Below, piece after piece: positions 20,253 to 30,766 of a stretch of 64,000 nt of DNA; position 1 is the stretch's first letter; every line of letters starts with the position of its first letter. The notes under the pieces are model-generated. The model ran no database searches and was not told the origin of the DNA. It saw nothing but the letters and a program-made list of their open reading frames with translations. Where the stretch lies: contig CAKZMM010000021.1 in the NCBI GenBank assembly GCA_937128505.1, positions 2,648-66,647 of the forward strand, written 5' to 3'. Both the position numbers and the translations under genes were made by a program. This stretch comes from an uncultured Thermogutta sp. Lineage in GTDB: Bacteria > Planctomycetota > Planctomycetia > Pirellulales > Thermoguttaceae.

Positions 20253-21791
20253 ATGTTCCTAATATTTTCGGATCCAAACTCTGATGAGCCCGTCCGGGAA
20301 CTTTCGGCTCGTGAGAGCTCGGTGCAAGGTGGTGCGGAAGGCAAGGAGGTGGCGGTTGAAATGAGGCCGGTGGGAGAAGCCGCCGCAATGGAGTCGTTAG
20401 ACCCGGTTGCATCCCGCGATGATGCGACGCAATCAGCGGATGACGCTCGATCCCCATCATTCGACGGTTCTGAGTTGCAATCAAGCGAAAGCTTTATTCT
20501 GGCAGGTGGTCTAGAGGCAGAACCGGTAGCCCGGGCGGTTGATACAACATCCGAAGCTGTTGCGGCAGCTTCTGGGGAGAAGGTATCGACCTCGGAAAAG
20601 GCTTCCGGAGCTTTCGGGCTAAGGGGGGTTTTTGAGGGAAATCCATCGAATGAAAATTTGTCCGCGTCTGGTCCTCACATAGATTCGTCCTTGGAACACG
20701 ATGAGATGGTTTCTAATTTGGCTGAGAACTTGAGCGATAAAATGTCCGCCGAGGCACCGGAGGTTCAAAGCGAACCGTTGGCGGGGAGCGATTCCTCATT
20801 GGCCGCGAATTCCGTATCGGCACAGCATGCCGTGCCGGACGTCGCGGAGAATTGCAAGTCAGAGTCGGGGGCTGCCTCCCCCGGAGAAGCTCACGAATTG
20901 CCTTCTCGCGGCGATTCGGGGCGCAGTGCTCCCGAAATGATTGAGCCAGCCGGAATGGCTGATGTAACCGAGTCGGCCAATCAATCTACAAAGGCCGGAG
21001 AGAATAGGGAGGCTACTAAGGCCGGAGAGAGTAGGGAGGCTGGCGACATGGCGGGGGTTGCCGAGCAAGAAAACTCTTCGATCCCTGGCGGTGCAGAAGG
21101 CTTGCCCGAAGAAGGGGGAATGGCTTCGGCAGATAGCTCTGAAACCCCAAAGGCAGGAAAAACTCATGGGGGCCCGCGTGCAAAACGGCGTCGCGCCGCA
21201 GCTTCTGCGGAAAGGTTGGAGCCGACCGAAGAGGCACCTAGCCCGGGCGAAAAGTCCGACAAAATGGACTGGTACATCTTGAAGGTAGCCACCAGTCGGG
21301 AGGAGGCGATTCGGGAGGCTTTGAAACGGCGGATCAAGATTGCCGGATTGGATTATTACTTCGGCGAAATCATCGTCCCGATGGAGACGGTCACAGAGTT
21401 CAAAGGGGGAAAGAAGCGGATCACGAAGCGGAAGCTTTATCCCGGCTACCTGGTGGTCCAAATGGAAATTAACGATGAGACGTGGTTTTTGATTCGGGAA
21501 ACCCCGGGTATTGGGGATTTTGCAGGTGCTGCTGGCAAGCCGGCTCCGATGCTTCCGCATGAAGTGGCCCGGATCTTGGCCCGGCGAGAACGTCGCGAGG
21601 GTGAAGCCCCGCGTTTGCGGATCAATTTTAACACCGGCGATCGTGTGAAAGTGAACGAAGGTACATTCGAGAATTTTCAGGGCGAGGTCGCGGCCATTGA
21701 CGAAGCCAATGGTCGTGTGACGGTGATGATCAATATTTTCGGTCGTAGCACGCCTGTTGAACTCCAGTTCTGGCAAGTCGAACTGATTTAA
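20253..21791 (+). CDS. nusG: transcription termination/antitermination factor NusG; maximal ORF includes a 337-codon acidic N-terminal extension
   Basis: The last 175 aa, from the ATG at 21264 (MDWYILKVATSREEAIREAL...), form a canonical NGN plus KOW NusG (GDRVKVNEGTFENFQGEVAAID). The frame stays open upstream to 20253, so the true start is uncertain. Confidence 0.9.
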   Translation: MFLIFSDPNSDEPVRELSARESSVQGGAEGKEVAVEMRPVGEAAAMESLDPVASRDDATQSADDARSPSFDGSELQSSESFILAGGLEAEPVARAVDTTSEAVAAASGEKVSTSEKASGAFGLRGVFEGNPSNENLSASGPHIDSSLEHDEMVSNLAENLSDKMSAEAPEVQSEPLAGSDSSLAANSVSAQHAVPDVAENCKSESGAASPGEAHELPSRGDSGRSAPEMIEPAGMADVTESANQSTKAGENREATKAGESREAGDMAGVAEQENSSIPGGAEGLPEEGGMASADSSETPKAGKTHGGPRAKRRRAAASAERLEPTEEAPSPGEKSDKMDWYILKVATSREEAIREALKRRIKIAGLDYYFGEIIVPMETVTEFKGGKKRITKRKLYPGYLVVQMEINDETWFLIRETPGIGDFAGAAGKPAPMLPHEVARILARRERREGEAPRLRINFNTGDRVKVNEGTFENFQGEVAAIDEANGRVTVMINIFGRSTPVELQFWQVELI

Positions 21792-22292
21792 ATTCTGCCA
21801 GTGGCCGCCGGCGATCCAGCGGCGTAGTGGCCGCGGGGTTACCCGTCGGACGGTTCCTCCGTTTAGCATACCCTTGCTCGGGTTTGCCGTGGGCGAATGC
21901 TAACCTCAATCGGGCTTGGTTGTCAGCCGAGAAGCTAATTAATTAATCAATCAGCCGAAGAGCTAATTAAATGGGCTCGGAAAAGGCCAACTCCGCTAAG
22001 GCCGTTTTCTGGGGGATTGGGGGAGAGAAGCTTTTGGGTGTTCTTCCGCGTCACGCCCCACCGGGGAAGTAGCGTGTTTACATGGGGGTGCCTTTGTCTT
22101 TGGGGGTAAGAGAAAGAGAGTTTTTTTTGGAATTGGGGGAACGCGGGGGGAGAATTTTCGCTCGGAGAAAAGGAGTCGAACGAAATTAAGGTAACTAATT
22201 CTGTCAAATTAGTTGTGTAAAGCGACATTTTGTTTCCCGTTTGTGGATCGCTTCAAGAAAAAATTTTCGGCGGTCGGATTGGCACGCCCCTA

Positions 22293-22321
22293 TTGACCAA
22301 AGACCGAAAGCATTTCATACT
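22293..22321 (+). promoter_or_regulatory. possible promoter upstream of rplK
   Basis: TTGACC (22293-22298), a 17-nt spacer, then CATACT (22316-22321). Motif match only. Confidence 0.25.
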
Positions 22322-22731
22322 TTCAATTTTCGCGCTTGATGCTTTCAGCGACGAAGTCCCACCGAGTTACATAGTAACAAAGCCCGGATGATCCCGGGGG
22401 CTTGGGAATCCAACATTTCTCATTCCTGGGCGGGGCTAACCCGAGGAATGATTGCCTGAAGGATTCGTGGGCAAGGACGCCGAGCTTCCGGAAGTGGCGG
22501 GATAGGGTTTAAGGGGCTCAGCAGGTTTGCACGCAGGATCTAACCCCTGAAGGGCGGACGATCTAAGTCACTAAGAGGCCACCGGGCCGGCGCGCCTCAG
22601 ATTTGCGAGTAGGCCCTCGGATTTGCGGATCGAAGAAATGACGGAACGGACGCGCTGCATCGGAGTCTGGTAAAAAGCAGGTAAGAACAAGCCGGCTATA
22701 GCAAATTCATTTTTTTGGGTTTGTTTCGAAT

Positions 22732-23160
22732 ATGGCCAAGCAATTGATAGCAGTGGTCAAGAAGCTTCAGGTGCGGGGCGGGCAAGCGACCCCGGCTCCG
22801 CCGGTTGGAACGGCTCTCGGCAAATACGGGATAAATTTGGGGCAATTCGTCCAGCAATTCAACGAGAAGACGAAGGACGATTTGGGGCTGCGAATTCCGG
22901 TCGTCGTAAGGATATTTAACGACAAAAGTTTTGAGCTCCAAATCAAAAGCCCAGCGGTGTCGGATCTGTTATTGAAAGCTGCACAGATCCCGAAGGGTGC
23001 TAGCGAGCCGCCGCGGGAGAAGGTGGGGCGCATTACCCGCGCGCAACTCGAGGAAATCGCCAGACGCAAGTTGCCCGATTTGAATGTTCAAGACATTGAA
23101 CGGGCTAAGAAGGTTGTAGAAGGGACGGCGCGAAACATGGGGCTAGAGATCGTCGATTGA
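22732..23160 (+). CDS. rplK: 50S ribosomal protein L11
   Basis: 142 aa with the PAPPVGTALG motif. Full-length L11 pattern and synteny. Confidence 0.98.
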   Translation: MAKQLIAVVKKLQVRGGQATPAPPVGTALGKYGINLGQFVQQFNEKTKDDLGLRIPVVVRIFNDKSFELQIKSPAVSDLLLKAAQIPKGASEPPREKVGRITRAQLEEIARRKLPDLNVQDIERAKKVVEGTARNMGLEIVD

Positions 23161-23490
23161 GCTTCCCCCGGTCGAGTGGGGTAGCGGGCTCAGATCGCGG
23201 CGATGATCAATGCCTTCCCCGGTGCTTGCGAGCGGATATCGCGGCCTTCAGGATTCAGGAAGCAAGCGGACTTCGATTTTCTCCGTTGGATTGGTGATTT
23301 AAGGAGCGGGGAGGTAAGTTTTTGTAATTCGGCGAAAACCTGGGCGGCATCTGGGTGAGAGTTGGGGGCTTGAGAGGGTAAGCAACGGGAACAAAAAGCT
23401 TCGGGGTGCTTTGAGGATTTCATTGGCACAGTGCGTAACTTGTGGACTTGCCCCCCTGAGGGGTTTGGTCCGGGCAAAACGAGGCGGCGT

Positions 23491-24171
23491 ATGCCAAAAC
23501 GATCGAAGCGGATGCATGCATTGCTGGAAAAAGCTCCCGGTAGGCGGCCTCTACCGCTGCCGGAAGCAGTAGCGTTGTTGAAGACTTTCAATAACACAAA
23601 GTTTGACCAGAGCGTTGAGATCGCCGTTCGCCTGGGTATTGACCCCAAGCAGGCAGATCAGACGGTGCGCGGTTCTGTGGTCCTGCCTCACGGGATCGGG
23701 CGCACACTTCGTGTAGTTGTGTTCGCGAAAGGGGATAAAGTGGACGAAGCTCGGGCCGCGGGCGCCGATGAAGTCGGGGGCGCCGAACTGGCTGAGCGAA
23801 TCAAGGGCGGGTGGACGGATTTCGATGTCTGTATCGCCACGCCGGATATGATGGGCGTGGTGGGGCCGCTCGGCAAAATCTTGGGTCCCCGAGGATTAAT
23901 GCCATCGCCCCGGGCAGGAACGGTCACGATGGATGTGGGGCGGGTTGTTCGCGAGTATAAGGCGGGAAAGGTCGAATTTCGTAACGACGCGAGCGGCAAC
24001 GTGCATGCGGTCGTGGGCAAGTTGAGTTTCGATGCCGACAAACTCGCGGAAAATATTCAAACGTTTCTTGATTATGTTGCCAGCCTCCGCCCCGCGGCAG
24101 TCAAAGGCCAATTCATTCGGGGGGTGGCCATCAGTGCGACAATGTCGCCGGGAATTCGCGTCGCAATTTAG
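23491..24171 (+). CDS. rplA: 50S ribosomal protein L1
   Basis: L1 pattern ([54 protein letters not shown]). I prefer the ATG at 23491 ([12 protein letters not shown]). The track ORF starts at 23431. Confidence 0.97.
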   Translation: MPKRSKRMHALLEKAPGRRPLPLPEAVALLKTFNNTKFDQSVEIAVRLGIDPKQADQTVRGSVVLPHGIGRTLRVVVFAKGDKVDEARAAGADEVGGAELAERIKGGWTDFDVCIATPDMMGVVGPLGKILGPRGLMPSPRAGTVTMDVGRVVREYKAGKVEFRNDASGNVHAVVGKLSFDADKLAENIQTFLDYVASLRPAAVKGQFIRGVAISATMSPGIRVAI

Positions 24172-25143
24172 GACAATTTAGCCGCGATCTAGCCGAGCGG
24201 AATTTTGGTTCGATGTCGGATTTGTTTCATGGATAAAATTGGCGAGCTCATTCGCAATTCTTGGACCATTTGAAGAGAATTTTTGAATTTTTGTCACAAG
24301 TGACTTTTGGCTAGCGTAAAAAAAGGTACCGGTAAATTTCTGCGCGGTTTTCGTCGTTTCGGTGCGCGTTTTCCCTTGGTACTTCGGAACTTAAATGGCC
24401 GATTCTGCGTCTGTAAGCTTGCAACTGAGTTTCGATTCAGTTTCGTTATCCCCATTTGGTAATAGCGCGAATACAGAAGGTTGCGGTGCGTTTGAAGGTT
24501 TTCTAAGGTTCGGGGCGGTTGCCTCCGGAGGGGCGAAGGCATAACCGTCCTATGCGGATAGAGCGGATAAATAGTTAAACCGTGGGAGATGTATGAAGCA
24601 GTAAGAAAAAGTTGTGTAGTGAATTATTTTTGCGAAATAGCTAATCATTCAGAGAAGTGTAGCTTTGAACGATGAATAATCGGTCCAATGTTAAGTGGTT
24701 TTACAAAGTAACGAAGGTTCAGGCATCAGGCAACAGTCACCGGGAATAACCAGACGGAGATTTGATAATTGACGAATTCTTGGCAGATCACGTGATTGCT
24801 AGTATTTTTCGGAGGTTAAATAAGCAGTTTACGCTCCTAGTTTCTGCTTAGGAAAGTCGAAAATTGGGGCAGTTTTAAATCATTTGCAGAAACGGATTGA
24901 TACAACCGGCTTCAAGTGTTCCTCGGAGTAGCCGCGTACAATCTTCGTTAGCCGCGGGTTGTTGGATTTCGTTTTACCGGAAGCTAAAACCACTCTTTGA
25001 ACGGAACTCTCTCAACGCCTCGGGGTTAACGAGGAATCTTGTTCCGGGGTGCAGGTTGGGCAAAAAGCTTGTGAACGATACTGCGGAGCACCTGGATTGA
25101 GCGAGCGGACATAAGCTTTCTTTTAGGTCAAAATCGACATAAC

Positions 25144-25701
25144 ATGAGTAAGTACGTTAAACAACTGATTATTGACAATTATCGGCAGCGGTTTGCCGGA
25201 TTGACCGATGCTGTTTTGGTTAACGTAATCGGCCTGAAAGGGCCGGAAACAGTAGCGCTGCGTTCGAGGCTCCGCCAGAAGGGTATCCGTCTTTTGGTGA
25301 TAAAAAACAGCTTGGCGGCTCGGGCGGCAGCGGGCACGCCGCTTGCGCGACTGTTTGACGGCATTAGTGGTCCATGTGCCATCTGTTGGGGGGGCGAGGA
25401 CGTAGTCACCCTGGCCAAGGAGCTGGTGCAGCTTGAGCAAGACGGTCGGATGAAGCCGTTTGCCGCGCGTGCCGCCTTGGTCAATGGGGCAAAGATCTCA
25501 GGTGCGCAACTTGCGGAGGTGAGCAAGTGGCCAACACGTCAGGAACAATTGTCAATTTTGGCTGGACAAATCCTGGCGGTTGGTCGGATTTTGTCGGGAC
25601 AGCTTTTGGCATCCGGTGGTCGGTTGGCTGGACAAATTAAGAAGTTGGCTGAGGAGACTAGCCCCGAGACAAATCCTGTTCAATCTGAGGCAACCGGTTA
25701 G
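25144..25701 (+). CDS. rplJ: 50S ribosomal protein L10
   Basis: 185 aa with an L10-like N-terminal domain (LVNVIGLKGPETVALRSRLRQKGIRLLVIKNSLA). It lies immediately upstream of rplL. Confidence 0.88.
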   Translation: MSKYVKQLIIDNYRQRFAGLTDAVLVNVIGLKGPETVALRSRLRQKGIRLLVIKNSLAARAAAGTPLARLFDGISGPCAICWGGEDVVTLAKELVQLEQDGRMKPFAARAALVNGAKISGAQLAEVSKWPTRQEQLSILAGQILAVGRILSGQLLASGGRLAGQIKKLAEETSPETNPVQSEATG

Positions 25702-26059
25702 TTGTAAGCTGTGGCAAAGATGCAATTTGTCATAGCTTTTGTAAGGATGATTCTCCCAGAGGGGACTCCGATTTGTGACGCTTCGGTGCTGATTTGGGCT
25801 CGGCACAATTCGAGGGATACGCAACGATACGAATAGCAAGAATACCAGTGGCAAAGAGTGCGATTTTAAAAAGGGTGGTTTCGCTTTATTAAAAAAAAGA
25901 TTGTGAGCCATTTTCACATTTGACTAAGAACTTTCAGGATTTCGATCAAGCGGCGTTGATGAGCGGCTGCCAATCATGGCCAGTTTGTAACAAAAGTATC
26001 GAATGAAAGGTTTAAGCGAAGCAAGGTTTTGCGTTTTTTGAAGAAAGGGTAAGTCAAGC

Positions 26060-26470
26060 ATGGCAACGGCCACGGAAACGAGGGAGTATTCGGCAACTAC
26101 GGTTGAGCTCGGCGATCGGATCGCAAAGCTAACTTTGATCGAAGCGAAAGAATTGAGCGACTATCTGCGGGAAAAGTACGGCATTGAACCGGCCGGTGGC
26201 GGGGCGGTGGTGATGGCTGCCGCGGCTGCTCCGGCGGCTGCCGAAGCGAAGCCGGAAAAGACCGAATTCGATGTCATCCTGGAGAACTTTGGCGCGAATA
26301 AATTGAATGTGATCAAGGAAATCCGCGCCATTACCGGCCTCGGTCTGAAAGAGGCCAAGGATCTTGTGGAAAAGTGCCCTTCGAAGGTCAAAGAGGGTAT
26401 TTCCAAAGAGGACGCCGAAAAGATCAAAAACAAGCTCGAGGAAGCCGGTGCCACTGTCTCGATCAAATGA
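26060..26470 (+). CDS. rplL: 50S ribosomal protein L7/L12
   Basis: Ala-rich hinge and a conserved C-terminal domain ([24 protein letters not shown]...[10 protein letters not shown]). Confidence 0.98.
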   Translation: MATATETREYSATTVELGDRIAKLTLIEAKELSDYLREKYGIEPAGGGAVVMAAAAAPAAAEAKPEKTEFDVILENFGANKLNVIKEIRAITGLGLKEAKDLVEKCPSKVKEGISKEDAEKIKNKLEEAGATVSIK

Positions 26471-26809
26471 GGATTTTGCGGCAATCGAGAATTCCGGCGG
26501 AAGAAGCTACTTGATCGGTATTGGGGTTTTTTGGCGCAGTATGTTTTTCGAGTGGGAGCGGCTCGCAGAAGACTCAGTCCTTGTCTTTCGTCAATTGCTC
26601 GGAGCTTTGGCTTCGAAACCTGCGTGAATCAGAGGGGAGTACCGCTGAAGCCTGCCTGTTGGCTTTTGAGCGACCACTTTCTGCAACGAGTTCCCTCGGT
26701 TGGGCTGCTTCGAAAGGGGAAAGCGGCGGCCGGGGTGACACTTTGCGCGCTTGCCCGCTTAGTTGTGGCTTTCAAGTTCTTTACTTGCCTCAGGAGAGGA
26801 TAAAGTCTC

Positions 26810-29800
26810 ATGGCAGTTCCAGTAGAACGTCGTCTGTCTGTCCGAGACATTCGGGTTTTCGGCCGGCAAAAGTTTGAGGTCGAAGTGCCGGATCTGACGG
26901 CCATTCAAACCCGTAGCTACGCGGAGTTTCTTCAGGCGAATGTTCCTTGGCAAGAGCGAAAGGATCAGGGGCTGGAGGCGCTTTTGCGCGAAGTATTCCC
27001 GATTGAAAGTTATGACAAGTCCGTGCGGCTGGAGTACATCCGATACGAGCTGGGCAAGCCGCGGTATAGCCCAGACGAATGCCGCGAATTAAGACTCACT
27101 TATGGTTGCCCGCTGTATGTTTGGTTGCGGCTGGTGAAGGCGCAGCCGATCGAAGAGCGGGTATATCTCGGCGAGATCCCCATCATGTTGGGCGGGGGCG
27201 AATTCATCATCAATGGGGCCGAGCGTGTCGTGGTCAGCCAGCTTCATCGCAGCCCCGGAATTGATTTCATGGAGGAGACCGAGCAGGGGGATCGGCGCGT
27301 CCACAGTTGTCGGATCCTGCCGGAGCGCGGAAGTTGGATCGAGATGGTGGTAACCAAGAAGGAAAGTTTGGCCGTTCGGATCGACCAGAGCGCGAAGTTC
27401 CCGGCGATGACGCTGTTGCGGGCGATGTCGCCGGAGTATTCGGACGATGCATCGATTTTGCGGGCATTCTATGAGACCAGTGTCGAGGAGATTGTCGACC
27501 GGCGGAGTGCCAGCAAATTGGAGGGGAAGATCGCCGTTACCGATGTCGTTTATCCGCCACGCAGTTCCCGTGCCGGAGAGGTCATTGTCGAGGCGGGGCA
27601 TACGATTAACCGCAACGAGGCGGAGCTCATCTGCACCTCCGGATTGAAGCACATTGAGGTGATGCTGCCGCAAAAAAACATGTTGATCCTCAATAGTCTG
27701 ATGGAGGATCCCACCAGCAGCCACGAGGAGGCATTGCTGCGGATTTATCAGCGGCTTCGTCCGGGCAACCCGCCGATGTTGGAGAAGGCCAAACAGCTCT
27801 TTTACGAGAAGTTTTTCGATCCGGCCCGGTACCGGCTGGGGCGCGTCGGCCGATTCCGTATTAATCGAAAGCTGGGTTTGCAGGTTCCGGAAACGGAAAT
27901 GGTGCTCCGCGCGGAGGACCTGATTGCCGCGATGAAGTATATGTTGCGGCTTCGCGCGGGGGATCCGGAAGCTTCGATCGACGATATCGACCATTTGGGG
28001 AATCGGCGTGTACGGACCATCGGCGAATTGTGCAGCGAAGAACTGCGGAAAGGTTTCCTGAAACTCCGCCGCACGGTCCAAGAACGGATGACAATCAAGG
28101 ATGCCGAGGACCTGACCCCGCAGAGCCTGGTCAACCCGAAGAGTGTTTCGGCTGCGATCGACTATTTCTACGGTCGCGGAGAACTTTCTCAGGTGGTCGA
28201 CCAAACCAACCCGCTTTCCATGCTCACCCACGAGCGGCGGTTAAGCGCTTTAGGACCTGGGGGGCTCAATCGAAAGCGTGCCGGGTTCGAGACGCGCGAC
28301 GTGCACATCTCGCACTACGGCCGCATTTGTCCGATCGAAACGCCTGAAGGTCAGAACATTGGGCTGATTTCCAGCTTGGCAATCTACGCCACTGTTAACG
28401 AGTACGGCTTCTTGATCACTCCTTATCGCGTGGTCAAGAACGGCAAATTGACCCAGGAAATCCGCTGGCTGCGTGCCGACGAGGAAAGCGAAGCTCATGT
28501 GGCTCCGGCCGATGTACCGGTAAAAGACGGTCTACTGGTGGGCGAGCAAGTCACGGTACGGCACAAAGGCGACTTTAAAACCGTACCGGTCAAGGAGGTT
28601 CAGTACATGGATGTTTCGCCGGCACAGCTGGTGGGGGTGTCGGCCGGTTTGATTCCATTTCTGGAACATGACGATGCCAACCGGGCCTTGATGGGATCCA
28701 ACATGCAGCGTCAGGCTGTACCGCTGCTGGTTACGGAACCACCCTGGGTGGCTACGGGCTTGGAACGCGCAGCGGCCCGGAATTCCAGCATGTTATTGCG
28801 TGCCAAGCGGGCAGGGACGGTGAGCTACGTTGATTCGCAGCGAATTGAAATCGACGGCGACGTGTATTGGTTACGAAAATTCGTGGGTCTCAACGAGCGG
28901 ACCTGCCAGAACCAAAAGCCGATTGTTCGGGTGGGCGACAAGGTAGAAGCAGGGCAAATTATCGCCGACGGCGCAGCCACCTACAACGGCGAGTTGGCTT
29001 TGGGACGCAATGTGCTGGTGGCCTTCATGTCGTGGGAAGGCTTCAATTTCGAGGACGCTGTCATCATCAGCGAAGAGCTAGTGCACAACGACACCTTTAC
29101 CTCGATCCACATTGAGGAATACGACGCGGAAGTTCGTGAGACCAAACTGGGGCGTGAGGAATTCACCCGCGATATCCCCAATGTGAGCGAAAAGATGCTT
29201 CGCAATTTGGACGAAAACGGGGTGGTGCGGGTAGGTACGTATGTGCGGCCGGGCGATATCCTGGTGGGGAAGGTGGCGCCAAAATCGAAGACCGAGCTTA
29301 CGCCGGAGGAGAAGCTCCTTCAGGCGATCTTCGGTCGTGCGGGGGAGGAGGTGAAAAACGATTCCTTAGAGGTGCCGCCGGGTGTGGAGGGAATCGTGAT
29401 TGCTACCCAGAAATTTTCTCGCCGCACGGCGCTCTCGGAGAAGGAACGCGAAGCCTTCGACAAGGAACTCAAGTGTGCGGAGGCGGAAGGTCACGAGCGG
29501 GTGGCGGCTGCTTTTACGCGATTGGTCGAAGCTTTGGAAGCGGTATTGAAACGGCGATTGACCGACGAAGATGGTGTTCCCCTAATCGAAGGTAAGGATC
29601 CCCAGTATTTGGCGGAGCAGGCCCGGCGGTTTTCCTTCGAGAAGCTCGAGATTCGCGGCCCCCAGCGGAAAGCGGAAGCGGAAAAAGTGTACAAGAGCTT
29701 TTGGCCGGCGGTGGAGGAAGCGATCGACGAAGCCGATCACCGCGTCAACTCGCTCAAACGAGGCGACGAGCTGCGCGGGGGAGTGCTTCAGATGGTAAAA

Positions 29801-30520
29801 GTCTATATCGCCACCAAGCGGACGATCTCCGTTGGTGATAAGATGGCTGGCCGGCATGGTAATAAAGGGGTTATCGCGCGCATTTTGCCGAAAGAGGATA
29901 TGCCGTTCCTGCCGGACGGTCGGCCTGTGCAGATCCTCCTCAACCCGTTGGGGGTTCCCAGCCGGATGAATGTGGGGCAAATTTTGGAGACTCACTTGGG
30001 TTGGGCTGCGGCCACCATGGGGTATCGGGTAATTACCCCGGTGTTCAACGGGGCGACTGAGAAGGAAATCGTCCCGTGCTTGGAAGAGGCCGGCTTGCCG
30101 AAGCATGGCAAAACGATTCTGTACGATGGTCGAACCGGTGAGCCCTTTGAGCAGGAAGTCACCGTCGGCTACATCTACATGATGAAGTTGCATCATTTGA
30201 TCGACGATAAGATTCATGCTCGGGCCACGGGGCCGTACTCGCTGATCACTCAGCAGCCGCTCGGGGGCAAAGCCCGATTTGGGGGACAGCGATTCGGGGA
30301 AATGGAAGTCTGGGCGATGGAAGCCTACGGTTCGGCTTACTTGTTGCAAGAGCTCTTGACGGTGAAAAGCGACGACGTCGAGGGTCGCACCAAGATCTAT
30401 GAGGCGATGGTCAAAGGTACTAATACCCTCGAGGCGGGTACGCCCGCGAGCTTCAACGTTTTGACCAATGAAATTCGCGGCCTTGCGCTGAACATGGTTC
30501 TGGAAAAGGGCCGGGTGTAA
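26810..30520 (+). CDS. rpoB: DNA-directed RNA polymerase subunit beta
   Basis: 1236 aa with canonical RpoB blocks ([50 protein letters not shown]). Confidence 0.99.
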   Translation: MAVPVERRLSVRDIRVFGRQKFEVEVPDLTAIQTRSYAEFLQANVPWQERKDQGLEALLREVFPIESYDKSVRLEYIRYELGKPRYSPDECRELRLTYGCPLYVWLRLVKAQPIEERVYLGEIPIMLGGGEFIINGAERVVVSQLHRSPGIDFMEETEQGDRRVHSCRILPERGSWIEMVVTKKESLAVRIDQSAKFPAMTLLRAMSPEYSDDASILRAFYETSVEEIVDRRSASKLEGKIAVTDVVYPPRSSRAGEVIVEAGHTINRNEAELICTSGLKHIEVMLPQKNMLILNSLMEDPTSSHEEALLRIYQRLRPGNPPMLEKAKQLFYEKFFDPARYRLGRVGRFRINRKLGLQVPETEMVLRAEDLIAAMKYMLRLRAGDPEASIDDIDHLGNRRVRTIGELCSEELRKGFLKLRRTVQERMTIKDAEDLTPQSLVNPKSVSAAIDYFYGRGELSQVVDQTNPLSMLTHERRLSALGPGGLNRKRAGFETRDVHISHYGRICPIETPEGQNIGLISSLAIYATVNEYGFLITPYRVVKNGKLTQEIRWLRADEESEAHVAPADVPVKDGLLVGEQVTVRHKGDFKTVPVKEVQYMDVSPAQLVGVSAGLIPFLEHDDANRALMGSNMQRQAVPLLVTEPPWVATGLERAAARNSSMLLRAKRAGTVSYVDSQRIEIDGDVYWLRKFVGLNERTCQNQKPIVRVGDKVEAGQIIADGAATYNGELALGRNVLVAFMSWEGFNFEDAVIISEELVHNDTFTSIHIEEYDAEVRETKLGREEFTRDIPNVSEKMLRNLDENGVVRVGTYVRPGDILVGKVAPKSKTELTPEEKLLQAIFGRAGEEVKNDSLEVPPGVEGIVIATQKFSRRTALSEKEREAFDKELKCAEAEGHERVAAAFTRLVEALEAVLKRRLTDEDGVPLIEGKDPQYLAEQARRFSFEKLEIRGPQRKAEAEKVYKSFWPAVEEAIDEADHRVNSLKRGDELRGGVLQMVKVYIATKRTISVGDKMAGRHGNKGVIARILPKEDMPFLPDGRPVQILLNPLGVPSRMNVGQILETHLGWAAATMGYRVITPVFNGATEKEIVPCLEEAGLPKHGKTILYDGRTGEPFEQEVTVGYIYMMKLHHLIDDKIHARATGPYSLITQQPLGGKARFGGQRFGEMEVWAMEAYGSAYLLQELLTVKSDDVEGRTKIYEAMVKGTNTLEAGTPASFNVLTNEIRGLALNMVLEKGRV

Positions 30521-30766
30521 CGGCGGTCCTAACGGTTAGTGCTTCGTCAGCCAGGCGTGCGACCCAATTCGCTTAGCCGGTGGGGAGCGGATCGGCGGAG
30601 TGGCTTCAAGCGGTCTTCCGCGGTTGTGCCTGGTGTGCTAACTTGGCTAGCGAGTGTGGAGGTAGGTTCGGGTAGGGGTTGCGTTAGGCTCAAGATCAGG
30701 CACGCGATCGATTAGCGGCGGTAGCTTGAGCCGAAAAGCTTGGATTGCAAAGAAGGAGTTCCAGCA

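Noticed and set aside
20859-21869. 336-aa ORF on the minus strand
   Set aside because: It is antisense to nusG and its extension. The composition is low-complexity and Arg/Pro-rich, with no recognisable domain.
26471-26809. rplL-rpoB attenuator/terminator (T-run at about 26535)
   Set aside because: The T-run is not preceded by a convincing GC-rich hairpin, so I could not support a terminator call.
27089-28231. 380-aa ORF on the minus strand
   Set aside because: It is entirely antisense to the highly conserved rpoB and has Arg/Pro/Gly-rich shadow-ORF composition.
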